Source of the DNA: Longimicrobiales bacterium
GTDB taxonomy: Bacteria > Gemmatimonadota > Gemmatimonadetes > Longimicrobiales > Gaopeijiaceae
Direction: 5' to 3'
NCBI GenBank assembly: GCA_965203485.1
Contig: OZ241892.1
Coordinates: 2,496,001 to 2,560,000, forward strand
Length of the DNA: 64,000 nucleotides
The translations under genes were made by a program, and so were the position numbers. Under the pieces are notes generated by a model. That model was not told the origin of the DNA and searched no databases. It was given only the letters and a program-made list of their open reading frames with translations. Of this stretch, positions 36,974-50,609 are shown one piece after another. Position 1 is the first letter of the stretch, and each line of letters begins with the position of its first letter.

Positions 36974-38752
36974 CTACGCGCCAGGGCCCGAGACGCCCAC
37001 GGCGTAGTCGAACACGCTGGACGCGCCGATCGCTTCGCGGAACCACACGGTGGCCGTGTTCCCGAGGGCGTCGGTCAGCTTGAGCGGCTCGTTCAGCTGG
37101 AAGACGACGGGCTGCGCGGCCCCGTCGTTGACGGCGACGTTGTCGGCGTGGACGTAGAGGCGGTCGAGCGTGTCGCGAATGGGATTCAGCCTGCCACGAA
37201 TGCCCGGCGCATGTCCCGTGCGGCTCGGGATGATCTTGGAGCCGCCTTCCGCGACGGGACGCATTCGCACTTCCAGGGCGCCACCAGCGTCGTCTCCAGG
37301 CTCGTAGTCCGGCACGACCTCGGCGGCGAAACCCGGCGCGGCGCAAAAAACGGTCATGGGCAAGTTGGCGTAGAGTTCCAAGTCGGCGTGGCCGAAGGCG
37401 TCGGTGCGCGCCTCGAGATAAGTCTTGTTGGGGTAGACCAGGAGGACATCGACGTCGCGGACGGGCTTGCCGGTGTCGGCGTGGACTACCGCCACCCGCG
37501 CCGCGACGCCTTCCGGCACGGGTCGGCGGGCCGCGGGAAGGACCAGCTTCAGCTCGCGCTCGCCGACGAGTTCGAAGACGGGCTTGCGGCCGGCCAGCGC
37601 GAACGTCTCGTCCTCGATCACGGCGATTCCCTCGCCTCTGCGCTCGATGAAGTATTGCCGCCCGCCCGCGCCCGCGACCTCGCCCACGGGACATTGGCCG
37701 AGCCGCGACGCCAAGAGTTCGTTGCGCGTGAACTGGCTGATGCGCATGTCCTCCACCGTCATGGAATTGCCAAGGCCGCCGGGAGAGTGAAGCTCCAGCC
37801 GGTCGTCGAACATGAGCAGGCGTATCTTGGAGCCGGACACGGCGTAGTCGCGGTGGACCACGGCGTTGACCAACGCCTCGAAAACGGCGCGCTCGCTGTA
37901 CTGGGGCACGTCACGGCGCGCAGGCTCCTTGCGGGCGGCCACGCGACGGTTGCGCGCAACGAAGCGCACGGCGCCGCGAATCTGCTGGTCCAGTGGGCCC
38001 GTGATGTCCATGGCGTCGAGCTGCTGGTTGCCGTCCATGCGGTCGCCGCGGTAGCAGACCGCCTGAATGAACGCGTTCGCAAGCCACTCCCGGGGGTCCC
38101 GGCCGCCCAACAGCACGCCTCCCACGGTTGCGCGAAGCACGCCATTGGCATCCTCCTTGGCGAACTTCAGCTTGCTCAGCGCCGTCTCGGGCGGGTCGCC
38201 CGCGCGCGAACTGGCGTAGCCGCGCCACAGCTCCGGATCCAGACTGCCCACGGCCGTGCCCGCAACGACCTGGGTGTCGGTGGACTCCGCGTCCGACTGG
38301 CCGCGCAACTGGGACAGCCGCCGGATTTCCACCGGACCCATGAGACGCTTGCTGCTCCCCCGCCGGCGATAGCATCCCCCCGGCGACTGGTGCACGGCCT
38401 TGCCCGACGCGACGTCCACGACCAGCACCCCGCGGCCGGGCTCGTCCGGAACTGCAACTCGATGCACGCCGACGTCGAGAGGCGGCTTGACGCTGTCGTT
38501 GCAGAGCTCGGTCACGAAGCGGTCCACGGCATCCAGCTCGTCCGGAGACAGCGGCTTCGCCTCCCGCCGGTCGGTGACTCCGAACACCAAGCGGCCGCCC
38601 GAGGAGTTGGCGAACGCCGCCAGCTCGTCGGCAATGAGGTCTCGCACCGACGACGGAACGCGGCCACCCTTCACCGGAACTTCCTTGAACTCGAGCTCGG
38701 AATCCTCTCCAAGCCGGACTTGCCGCCAGAACCGGTCCTCGTCGATGGGCAT
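36974..38752 (-). CDS. Schlafen/AlbA_2 domain + HATPase_c_4 protein with extra C-terminal beta domain
   Basis: GEDSELEFKE, AFANSSGGRLVFGV, EALVNAVVHRDY, DRLELHSPG, RN, ERRGEG; GGAGG RBS. Confidence 0.9.
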   Translation of the reverse strand: MPIDEDRFWRQVRLGEDSELEFKEVPVKGGRVPSSVRDLIADELAAFANSSGGRLVFGVTDRREAKPLSPDELDAVDRFVTELCNDSVKPPLDVGVHRVAVPDEPGRGVLVVDVASGKAVHQSPGGCYRRRGSSKRLMGPVEIRRLSQLRGQSDAESTDTQVVAGTAVGSLDPELWRGYASSRAGDPPETALSKLKFAKEDANGVLRATVGGVLLGGRDPREWLANAFIQAVCYRGDRMDGNQQLDAMDITGPLDQQIRGAVRFVARNRRVAARKEPARRDVPQYSERAVFEALVNAVVHRDYAVSGSKIRLLMFDDRLELHSPGGLGNSMTVEDMRISQFTRNELLASRLGQCPVGEVAGAGGRQYFIERRGEGIAVIEDETFALAGRKPVFELVGERELKLVLPAARRPVPEGVAARVAVVHADTGKPVRDVDVLLVYPNKTYLEARTDAFGHADLELYANLPMTVFCAAPGFAAEVVPDYEPGDDAGGALEVRMRPVAEGGSKIIPSRTGHAPGIRGRLNPIRDTLDRLYVHADNVAVNDGAAQPVVFQLNEPLKLTDALGNTATVWFREAIGASSVFDYAVGVSGPGA

Positions 38753-39297
38753 GTCGTTGATCCTCCGCTTTCAGGCACGGCCGAACGAGCAACAACGTAG
38801 CGATAAACCAGGGCTACGGCTCCAGCAATCCTCCGAGAGATCGTACTTCTGCACGTATTTCATGTCCATGTCGTTCTTCCACACGCCCATGACGCCTTCC
38901 CGGCCGAAGCTGAATCATTCATACATTCATGTCGGTCGTGGATCCGTTCTGTTCAATCAACTCCCGAATGCGAATCGACTTGTTCCGGTCTATTCGTTGC
39001 ATCTCCTTCAAGATCAAATGCCCGAGTGCGACCAACCCGCCGGCGGGACTTCCTCTTGCCGCGACCCTCGCCGGCAACTCCCGCCCCGGCGCATGCGACG
39101 TTCCGTCCTCGCGGGCTCGCCCCGCCGCGACCTTCGTCCGGGCCGCTCGGAACGGCGCCGTGCCGGCGTTGCGAGCCCGGCGCCCTTGCTCGCCGCCTCC
39201 GCGCGCCCGTAGAATCCCCGGCCCTGTCCTTGGGACCTGTGGAACCGCCACGGCTCGGCAGGTCCTCGGGACGCTCGCTCACTCTCAAGGAGATTTC

Positions 39298-41394
39298 ATG
39301 GCCGCGGCCAAGTCGTTCAAGACGGAGCAGATTCGCAACGTGGTGGTGCTGGGGCACGGCGGGTCGGGCAAGACGACGCTGATCGACGCCGCGTGCTTCG
39401 CCGCAGGCTCGTCCGCCAGGCGAGGGCGGGTCGAGGACGGCGCCGCGCTGACGATGACCACGCCGGAGGAGGCGGCGCACGGGATGTCCATGCAGTTGAC
39501 GGTGGCGCATGCGGTCTGGGAGGGAACCAAGGTCAACTTTCTGGACACGCCGGGCTACATGGACTTCGCGGGAGACGCGGCGGCGGCGGTTCGGGTCGCG
39601 GACGCGGCCCTCGTGCTGGTGGGAGGCGTGGCGGGCGTGGAGGTGGGGACCGAGATGGTCTGGGAACTCTGCGAGGCGGGCGGCCTGCCGAGGATCGTCT
39701 TCGTGTCGGCGATGGACAAGAAGCGCGCCGACTTCGGCAAGGCGCTGCGCGAACTCAAGGAGATTCTCGGGGCGGAACCGCTGCCGCTGCAGTTGCCGGT
39801 CGGGGCCGGCGACGAGTTCAGGGGGGTGGCCGACTTGTTGTCGGGCAGGGCTTGGCTGGCCAAGGCGGGGGCGGGAGCGGCGGACGGCGTTCTGGAGGAG
39901 GCGGACGTGCCCCCCGAGATGGCCGAGGAGGCCGGGAACTGGACCACCGAACTGATGGAGACGCTGGCGACGACCGACGAGGACTTCATGGAGCGCTACC
40001 TGGAGGGCGAGGAAATAGCTCCGGGAGACGTCCTGGGCGTGCTTGCCGCCGCGACGGCGCGGCGCGAGGTCGTGCCCGTGCTCTGCGGATCGGGAGAACG
40101 GGCGGCCGGAGTCCGCGAACTGCTGGCCAAGCTCGTCCGGATCGCGCCCCACCCCGGGCAGAGCGAGGCGGTCGAGGCTACGACGGAAGACGGCCAAGAC
40201 GTCCGGCTCCGCCCGGCCGACGACGAAACCGCCAGCGCCCTCGTCTTCAAGACCAGCGCGGAGCCGCACGTGGGCGAGCTGTCGGTCTTTCGCGTCTTCT
40301 CGGGCATGGTCGCCAACGGCACGGACCTGCGCAACGCCGGACGCAAGGCCGTCGAGCGGCTCAACCACCTGGCGATTCCCTTGGCCAAGGAGCGGCTGGA
40401 GGTCGACAAGCTGCACGCGGGCGACATCGGCGTGGTCGCGAAGCTCAAGTCGACCCACACCAACGACACGCTCTCGTCGCCCGCCAATCCGGTCACCCTG
40501 CCTGGAGTGGCGTTCCCCAAGCCCGACATCTCGGTGGCCGTGCGGGGCGCGGCAAGGGCCGACGAGGACAAGCTGGGCGAAGCGCTCAACCGGCTCCGCG
40601 AAGAAGACCCGACGTTCGTGGCCGAGTTCAACCCCGAGCTGCGCCAGACGATCGCGCGCGGGCTGGGCGAGCTGCACCTGGAAGTGCAGTTCGAGCGCAT
40701 GAAGCGCAAGTACGGCGTGTCGGTCGAGACCGAGCGGCCCAAGATCGCGTACCGGGAGACGATCACGGCCCCGGCCGAGGGACAAGGGCGCTTCAAGAAG
40801 CAGTCCGGCGGGCGCGGACAGTTCGGCGACTGCTGGGTGCGGCTTCGCCCGCGCGCCCGCGGCGAGGGCTACGAGTTCGTGAACTCGATCAAGGGCGGCG
40901 TGATTCCGACCAAGTACGTGCCGTCGGTGGACAAGGGCATCCGGGAAGCGGCGACGAAGGGCGTCGTGGCCGGCTATCCGCTGGTGGACTTCGAGGCCGA
41001 GTGCTACGACGGGTCCTACCATTCCGTGGACTCGTCCGACATCGCGTTCAAGGTGGCGGGCTCGACGGCGTTCAAGAACGTGGCCGAGAAGGCGCGCCCC
41101 GTGCTGCTCGAGCCGATCGTCGAGCTCGCCGTGACGGCGCCGGACGAATACGTGGGCGACATCATGGGCGACCTGAACGGGCGGTCGGCCCGCGTGCTGG
41201 GCATGGAGCCGGCCAGCGGACGCACCACGGTCAAGGCGGAGGTCGCGCAGGCGGAACTCTACAAGTACGCCTCCGCGCTGCGCTCGATCACGCAGGGCCG
41301 TGGGCACCACCGGCGCAAGTTCCTGGGCTACGACGTGGTCCCGGCGGCGCGCGCGGCGAAGATCAGGGCCGAGGCGCAGGCCGAGGACGGTTGA
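39298..41394 (+). CDS. fusA2: Elongation factor G paralog (EF-G2 type)
   Basis: GHGGSGKTT, DTPG, GLGELHL, KKQSGGRGQFGD, DGSYHSVDSS; outside the str operon, with non-canonical switch I. Confidence 0.9.
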   Translation: MAAAKSFKTEQIRNVVVLGHGGSGKTTLIDAACFAAGSSARRGRVEDGAALTMTTPEEAAHGMSMQLTVAHAVWEGTKVNFLDTPGYMDFAGDAAAAVRVADAALVLVGGVAGVEVGTEMVWELCEAGGLPRIVFVSAMDKKRADFGKALRELKEILGAEPLPLQLPVGAGDEFRGVADLLSGRAWLAKAGAGAADGVLEEADVPPEMAEEAGNWTTELMETLATTDEDFMERYLEGEEIAPGDVLGVLAAATARREVVPVLCGSGERAAGVRELLAKLVRIAPHPGQSEAVEATTEDGQDVRLRPADDETASALVFKTSAEPHVGELSVFRVFSGMVANGTDLRNAGRKAVERLNHLAIPLAKERLEVDKLHAGDIGVVAKLKSTHTNDTLSSPANPVTLPGVAFPKPDISVAVRGAARADEDKLGEALNRLREEDPTFVAEFNPELRQTIARGLGELHLEVQFERMKRKYGVSVETERPKIAYRETITAPAEGQGRFKKQSGGRGQFGDCWVRLRPRARGEGYEFVNSIKGGVIPTKYVPSVDKGIREAATKGVVAGYPLVDFEAECYDGSYHSVDSSDIAFKVAGSTAFKNVAEKARPVLLEPIVELAVTAPDEYVGDIMGDLNGRSARVLGMEPASGRTTVKAEVAQAELYKYASALRSITQGRGHHRRKFLGYDVVPAARAAKIRAEAQAEDG

Positions 41395-41448
41395 AGGACG
41401 GGCCGTCCGCCAGGGATCGCCGCAAGGGCTCAGTCCGCCGGCGCCCCG

Positions 41449-42948
41449 CTATCGGGTGTAGATCAGGAGAACGCCGTTGACGGCGCGGTCGCCGTAGAGC
41501 AAGGTCGCGTCCATGGGCGCGATGAACTGGACCCGGCGGACGTCGCGCGGATTCAGCTCCGACAGGAAAAACGCCGGCTCCGGCACGATCCCCTCGTTGA
41601 TGCGCACCTCCACCATGTTGCACGTGTTCGGCGTCGCGCCCGTGCGCCGGCGCGTCATCTCGATGCACGTGCCCATCTGCATCCGCCCGAACGCATTGGG
41701 CATGGGCGCCTCGCGGATGGAGATGCCCGGCGCGCGCACCTGCCGGACCAACCCGGCGAAGTCGACGACGCGGGGCGCGACCGAGTCCATCTGCGCTTCG
41801 GTTAGGCCGACGAAGCGGACGCCGGTCGTGGTGAAGACGTGTTCGTCGCGCCTGCCGGTGACGACGATGGGCTCCAAGGCGATGGCCTCCGTCGAGAGAA
41901 CGATCTCGAGTCCCAACGCCTCGTCGCTGAAGACGGTCAGCGAGTCGACCCTCGTCGCATAGCCGAGCTGGCCCGTCTCGATCGTCTGCCGTCCGGGGGG
42001 AACGCCGGAGAACCTGAATCGTCCCGCCGAGTCGGCCAGCGTGGAGAAGGCGGAGCCGAGCAGCTGCACGCGAGCGCCCACCAAAGGCGCCCGGGTCGCG
42101 TAGTCCAGCACCGAGCCCGTGATCGTCACGGGCTCCGATATGGTGATCGCGAGGTCGAGCGTCCGCGGGCCGACCGAGGGCACGGGGACGGGAAGGTTCT
42201 TCGAGGCGCCGAACTCGACCTGGACGACAGCCTGCGGGTCGGCGGGCAAGTTGCAGAGCAGGTACTCGCCGTTGCTCTCGGTGCGCGCTTCGGCCACGAC
42301 GGGGCGCGTCCTCAACGCCCCTTGGCGGGCGCCGTGAACCTTGATCACCGCTTGCGGGAGGGGGACTCCGGTGAGCGCGTCGGTCACCACTCCGCCCACC
42401 GACACCGGGCCGGCGCCGGGTTCCGCCGCGCACCACGCGCCGATGATCGTCTCGCGCGACGGGACCGTCAAGTACGCGTCCGCCGTTTCCCCCGCCAGGA
42501 CGGCGACCCGCCGCGGGGCGCCGTTGATGCCCAGGACGCCCAACCGAGGGTGAAAGAATGCGATCTCGTGCTCGCCCGCCGGCACGTCGTCCAGCTGGAA
42601 CCGGCCGTCCTCGCCCGACTCGCCGACCGTGGACGTCCCCATCACGGCGACGCGGGCCCCGGCCAGCGGGGCGCTGGCGGTGCTGTCGTAGACGAGCCCC
42701 ACCACGGTCCCAGTGGGCGGCGCCTCCTCCTGCGCGGCGGCCGGGGCGGCGGCGCAGAACGCCGAGAGCAGACCACCGAGCAGGAGCCGCGCGACTCGCC
42801 GAGGCGGGCCGTGCGCCTTGCCGTGGGCGGCCCAGCCGCCGACGCCGGCTCGGCCGACCCGGGCGAAGCGGAAGCCCCCGCGCGCACCGCCCGCACGGGA
42901 ACCAATCTCGACAGCCCGCGGCCGGGCCGCGATTCGGGACGTCGTCAT
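41449..42948 (-). CDS. Secreted protein with repeated carboxypeptidase-regulatory-like domains and a plug-like C-terminus
   Basis: Three G.V.D...G/PL.GA.V repeats; ends DVRRVQF...LYGDRAVNGVLLIYTR. Confidence 0.8.
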   Translation of the reverse strand: MTTSRIAARPRAVEIGSRAGGARGGFRFARVGRAGVGGWAAHGKAHGPPRRVARLLLGGLLSAFCAAAPAAAQEEAPPTGTVVGLVYDSTASAPLAGARVAVMGTSTVGESGEDGRFQLDDVPAGEHEIAFFHPRLGVLGINGAPRRVAVLAGETADAYLTVPSRETIIGAWCAAEPGAGPVSVGGVVTDALTGVPLPQAVIKVHGARQGALRTRPVVAEARTESNGEYLLCNLPADPQAVVQVEFGASKNLPVPVPSVGPRTLDLAITISEPVTITGSVLDYATRAPLVGARVQLLGSAFSTLADSAGRFRFSGVPPGRQTIETGQLGYATRVDSLTVFSDEALGLEIVLSTEAIALEPIVVTGRRDEHVFTTTGVRFVGLTEAQMDSVAPRVVDFAGLVRQVRAPGISIREAPMPNAFGRMQMGTCIEMTRRRTGATPNTCNMVEVRINEGIVPEPAFFLSELNPRDVRRVQFIAPMDATLLYGDRAVNGVLLIYTR

Positions 42949-43178
42949 GCTGGCTCGTGGCCTCCTTTCCGCGCCGTGGGACCTCCCGCGCCCGCCGGAG
43001 ACTCGCCGCGTCGCGGGACATCTTGTCAAATCATAACGAGTGCGGCCGACGCTCCCGAAGTATATTCTGGCGTTCGCGGGCCATGCTGCCGACGGTCCAC
43101 AAGCGTTGGCGCGCGCGCTTGCCCGCCCTGCCAAGGCCGAGCGGGGCCGGCGGGGACCCGTGCCGGAGGAGCCAGCCG

Positions 43179-43925
43179 TTGGCCGGACACAGCAAGTGGG
43201 CGCAGATCAAGCGCAAGAAGGCGGTGAACGACCAGAAGCGCGGCCAGATGTTCACCAAGCTGATCCGCGAACTCACCGTCGCGGCCCGGGGTGGCGGCGG
43301 AGACCCGGCGTTCAACCCGCGGCTGCGCCTGGCCGTGGACACGGCCAAGAGCGCCAACATGCCCCAGGAGAACATCGACCGCGCCATCAAGCGGGGCACG
43401 GGCGAACTCGAAGGCGTCACCTACGAGGAGGTCGTGTACGAGGGCTACGGCCCGGGGGGCGTGGCGCTCTACATCGAGACGCTCACCGACAACCAAAAGC
43501 GCACGGTGGCCGAGGTGCGGCATCTGCTCGACAAGCACGGCGGCAACCTGGGGTCGCCGGGGTCGGTGGCGTGGCAGTTCGCGCGCAAGGGGACGATCTT
43601 CGTCGACGCGACCGCGGCCGAGGAGGACGCGGTCTTCGAGGCGGCCGTGGACGCGGGGGCGGAGGACGTGAGCGCGTCGGAGGGCGAGCTGGTCGTGACG
43701 ACGGCGCCGAGCGAACTGCACGAGGTTGGGCGGGCGCTGGAGAAGGCGGGAGTCCCTGTCGCATCGTCCCAATGGACCATGGTCGCGAACAGCGACGTCG
43801 CGGTAGCCGAGCGGGACGGGGCGCGCCTGCTCAAGCTGCTCGACCTGCTCGACGGGCACGACGACGTCCAGCAGGTGCACTCGAACGCCGCATTGGACGC
43901 GGAGTTGCTGGCCCGGGCCCTGTGA
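43179..43925 (+). CDS. yebC: YebC/PmpR-family protein
   Basis: AGHSKWAQIKRKK, YEGYGPGG, TDNQKRT. Confidence 0.97.
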   Translation: MAGHSKWAQIKRKKAVNDQKRGQMFTKLIRELTVAARGGGGDPAFNPRLRLAVDTAKSANMPQENIDRAIKRGTGELEGVTYEEVVYEGYGPGGVALYIETLTDNQKRTVAEVRHLLDKHGGNLGSPGSVAWQFARKGTIFVDATAAEEDAVFEAAVDAGAEDVSASEGELVVTTAPSELHEVGRALEKAGVPVASSQWTMVANSDVAVAERDGARLLKLLDLLDGHDDVQQVHSNAALDAELLARAL

Positions 43926-44440
43926 GCCGGGCGGGCGGCCTGTTCCTGGGCATCGATCCGGGTACCGCCGCGACCGGCTTCGGCGTCGTGCGCGTGGACC
44001 AGAGGCGGCGGACGAACTTGGTCGAGTGCGGGGTGGTGCGGACATCGGCGGGCGCGGCCCTGCCGGCGCGGTTGCGCGAGGTCCACGAGGCGGTGGCCGG
44101 ACTGGTCGACGAGTTCGAGCCGGCGGCGATGTCGATCGAGAACGTCTTCCACGGCAAGAACACCCGCACCGCGCTCACGCTGGGCCACGCGCGCGGGGTG
44201 ATCCTGCTCGCGGCGGCCCAGGCGGGCGTGGAGGTGGCGGAATACACGCCGGCCCAGATCAAGCGCGCGGTCGCGGGAACGGGGACGGCGTCGAAGGAAC
44301 AGGTGGCGTACATGGTGCAGCAGCACCTGCGGCTGGAGTCGCCGCCCCGGCCCAGCGACGCCGCCGACGGGGTGGCGGCCGCGCTCTGCCACGGGCTGCT
44401 GGCGCCGTCGCCGGGGCAGACCGCAGCAGGGCCGGCGTGA
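43922..44440 (+). CDS. ruvC: Holliday junction resolvase RuvC
   Basis: LGIDPG, IENVF, LGHARG, DAADG. Confidence 0.97.
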   Translation: MSRAGGLFLGIDPGTAATGFGVVRVDQRRRTNLVECGVVRTSAGAALPARLREVHEAVAGLVDEFEPAAMSIENVFHGKNTRTALTLGHARGVILLAAAQAGVEVAEYTPAQIKRAVAGTGTASKEQVAYMVQQHLRLESPPRPSDAADGVAAALCHGLLAPSPGQTAAGPA

Positions 44441-45033
44441 TCAGCCGGGTGCGGGGCGAAGTCCTCAGCCGCGAACCGTCGAAGGTAGAGGTGCTGACGG
44501 GCGCGGGCGTCGTCTACGAGATCCACGTGCCGCTCTCCGTCTTTCGGCGGCTGCCGGCGGAAGGAGAGGCGACGGAACTCCTGACGGTCTTCACCGTGCG
44601 CGACGACGCCCACACCCTGTTCGGGTTCCTGGACGAGCGGGAGCGGACGCTCTTCACGCGCCTCGTGTCCGTGCAGAAGGTCGGGGCGCGGCTGGGCCTG
44701 GCGATGATGAGCATGTACCACGCCGGGCGGCTGGTCCGCGTCCTGGCCGAGAAGGACGTGCAGGCGCTGGTGCAGGTGAGCGGCGTCGGCAAAAAGACCG
44801 CCGAGCGCATCGTGCTGGAGCTGAGCGACAAGGTGCACGACTTGGCGGCGTCGGACGACCTGGAAGGAGCCGAGGCGACGGCTGCGGCAGAGGCCGCCAA
44901 GGCCCTGGTCGCGCTGGGCTACGCGTTCGCCGACGCCGAGGCGGCGGTGCGCGAGGCCGTGGTCACGGACGGCCTGGCCGACGTCGAGGACATCCTGCGG
45001 CAAGTGCTGGCGAGACGGGCGCGTGACGGCTGA
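44437..45033 (+). CDS. ruvA: Holliday junction branch migration protein RuvA
   Basis: VISRVRG, LFGF, VSGVGKKTAERIVLEL, ALVALGY. Confidence 0.97.
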   Translation: MISRVRGEVLSREPSKVEVLTGAGVVYEIHVPLSVFRRLPAEGEATELLTVFTVRDDAHTLFGFLDERERTLFTRLVSVQKVGARLGLAMMSMYHAGRLVRVLAEKDVQALVQVSGVGKKTAERIVLELSDKVHDLAASDDLEGAEATAAAEAAKALVALGYAFADAEAAVREAVVTDGLADVEDILRQVLARRARDG

Positions 45034-45192
45034 GCCGGACCACGACGCGGGCGGGCGGACCGGAAGTCGAGCGCGCCCGGGGTTCTCGCGCGGCCGACGG
45101 CCGGACGGCGGCCGCGGGGTCGAGGCCCGAGCCCGGCTGCCGGCGGCGGGCCGGGGCCGGAGACACGCACACGACAGCGGCGAGGCGTTGCC

Positions 45193-49059
<3,867 letters not shown>

Positions 49060-49123
49060 CCGTCCAGGAGGCACGTAGCCGCACCAAGAGGGCCACGGGG
49101 ACGACGGCTTGCGGGACCGAGAC

Positions 49124-49642
49124 GTGACGGTTCGCGTCATCGAGACGCTCGGCGCCCCGGTGCTCCGCAAAAGGGCGGCGCCCGTGGACGAGATCACCGA
49201 CGACGTGCGAGCCCTCGTGCGCGACCTCTTCGACACGATGTACGCCGCCGAAGGCGTAGGGCTGGCGGCGCCGCAGGTGGGAGTGTCGCAACGCGTCATG
49301 GTGGTGGACGCGTCGAGTCAGGAATCCGGCGAAGGACGGTACGCGCTGGTCAACCCGGAAGTGGCGCGCGCAAGCCGCGCGACGGGGAAGGAAGTAGAGG
49401 GTTGCCTGAGCATTCCCGGCATCGAGGACTCGGTGGAGCGGCCGCTGGAGGTCGAGGTGTCGGCGCTGGACGCGGACGGCAACGACGTGACGATCGAGGC
49501 CGCCGGAATTCTCGCGCGGGCCCTCCAGCACGAGATCGACCACTTGGACGGCGTCCTCTTCATCGACCGCGTGTCCGCCTTCAAGCGCAGCCTGCTACTC
49601 AAGAAGTGGCGGAAGAGCCGAGCGGGCCAAGCCGGACGCTGA
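49124..49642 (+). CDS. def: Peptide deformylase
   Basis: GVGLAAPQVG, EGCLS, QHEIDHLDG. Confidence 0.98.
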   Translation: MTVRVIETLGAPVLRKRAAPVDEITDDVRALVRDLFDTMYAAEGVGLAAPQVGVSQRVMVVDASSQESGEGRYALVNPEVARASRATGKEVEGCLSIPGIEDSVERPLEVEVSALDADGNDVTIEAAGILARALQHEIDHLDGVLFIDRVSAFKRSLLLKKWRKSRAGQAGR

Positions 49643-49668
49643 CGGCGCCGGCTCCCCGGGCGGAAGGC

Positions 49669-50607
49669 GTGACGAGGACGCTGTTCTGGGGCACGCCGGA
49701 GTTCGCCCTGCCCTCGTTGAGGACCTTGCTGGACGGCGGCGCGGGGGACTGCGAGGTGGTTGGGGTCGTCACTCGCCCGCCCCGGCCGCGCGGCCGGGGC
49801 TGCAAGACCAGCCGCTCGCCCGTCGCGGCGTACGCCGCTTCGAGGAACGCGTTGGTCTTGGAGCCGGAGAATCCGAACGCGCCGCAGTTCGTGGGCACGC
49901 TTCGCGGCATCGCGCCGGACGTCTCCGTCGTAGTCGCCTACGGACGCATCCTCTCCGCCGAAGCGCTCGGCGCGGCCCGCCTGGGATCGTTCAACCTGCA
50001 CGCCTCGCTTCTCCCGGCTCTGCGAGGCGCGGCGCCCGTCGCCTGGGCCGTTGCCCGGGGACATCCCGAGACGGGCGCCACCGTGATGCGCATGGTGCGC
50101 CAGATGGACGCCGGGCCGATCTTGGCCCAAGAACGCATGCGCATCCACGAGACCGACACCGGCTCCACGCTCGCCCGGCGAATCGCCGACCGCGGCGCCC
50201 GGCTCCTGGCCGAGACGATCGCCCGAGTCGCCGGCGGCGGCGGCGAAGAGACGGAACAGGACCACGCCGCCGCCACCTTCGCGCCCAAGCTGACTCGCGA
50301 GTCGGCGCGAATCGACTGGCGGGGTTCGGCACGCGACGTGACCAACCTCGCGCGCGCGATGGACGCCGCCCCCGGCGCGTGGACGGCGTTGCGGGGCACG
50401 CCGCTCAAGCTGTTCGCGCCCGCAGTCGTGGACGGCCAAGGCGAGCCCGGCGTCGTGCTGGCCGCAGACTCTCGCGAAGGACTCGTCGTGGCTGCCGGCG
50501 ACGGCGCAGTGCGGTTCGGCGAGCTGCAGCCGCCGGGCAAGCGGCGCATGCCGGCGACGGCGTGGACATCGGGACGCGGCATCGCTCCCGGCGACTGCTT
50601 GGAATAG
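49669..50607 (+). CDS. fmt: Methionyl-tRNA formyltransferase
   Basis: GTPEFA, VAYG, NLHASLLP..RGAAP, MDAGP. Confidence 0.97.
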   Translation: MTRTLFWGTPEFALPSLRTLLDGGAGDCEVVGVVTRPPRPRGRGCKTSRSPVAAYAASRNALVLEPENPNAPQFVGTLRGIAPDVSVVVAYGRILSAEALGAARLGSFNLHASLLPALRGAAPVAWAVARGHPETGATVMRMVRQMDAGPILAQERMRIHETDTGSTLARRIADRGARLLAETIARVAGGGGEETEQDHAAATFAPKLTRESARIDWRGSARDVTNLARAMDAAPGAWTALRGTPLKLFAPAVVDGQGEPGVVLAADSREGLVVAAGDGAVRFGELQPPGKRRMPATAWTSGRGIAPGDCLE

Positions 50608-50609
50608 CG

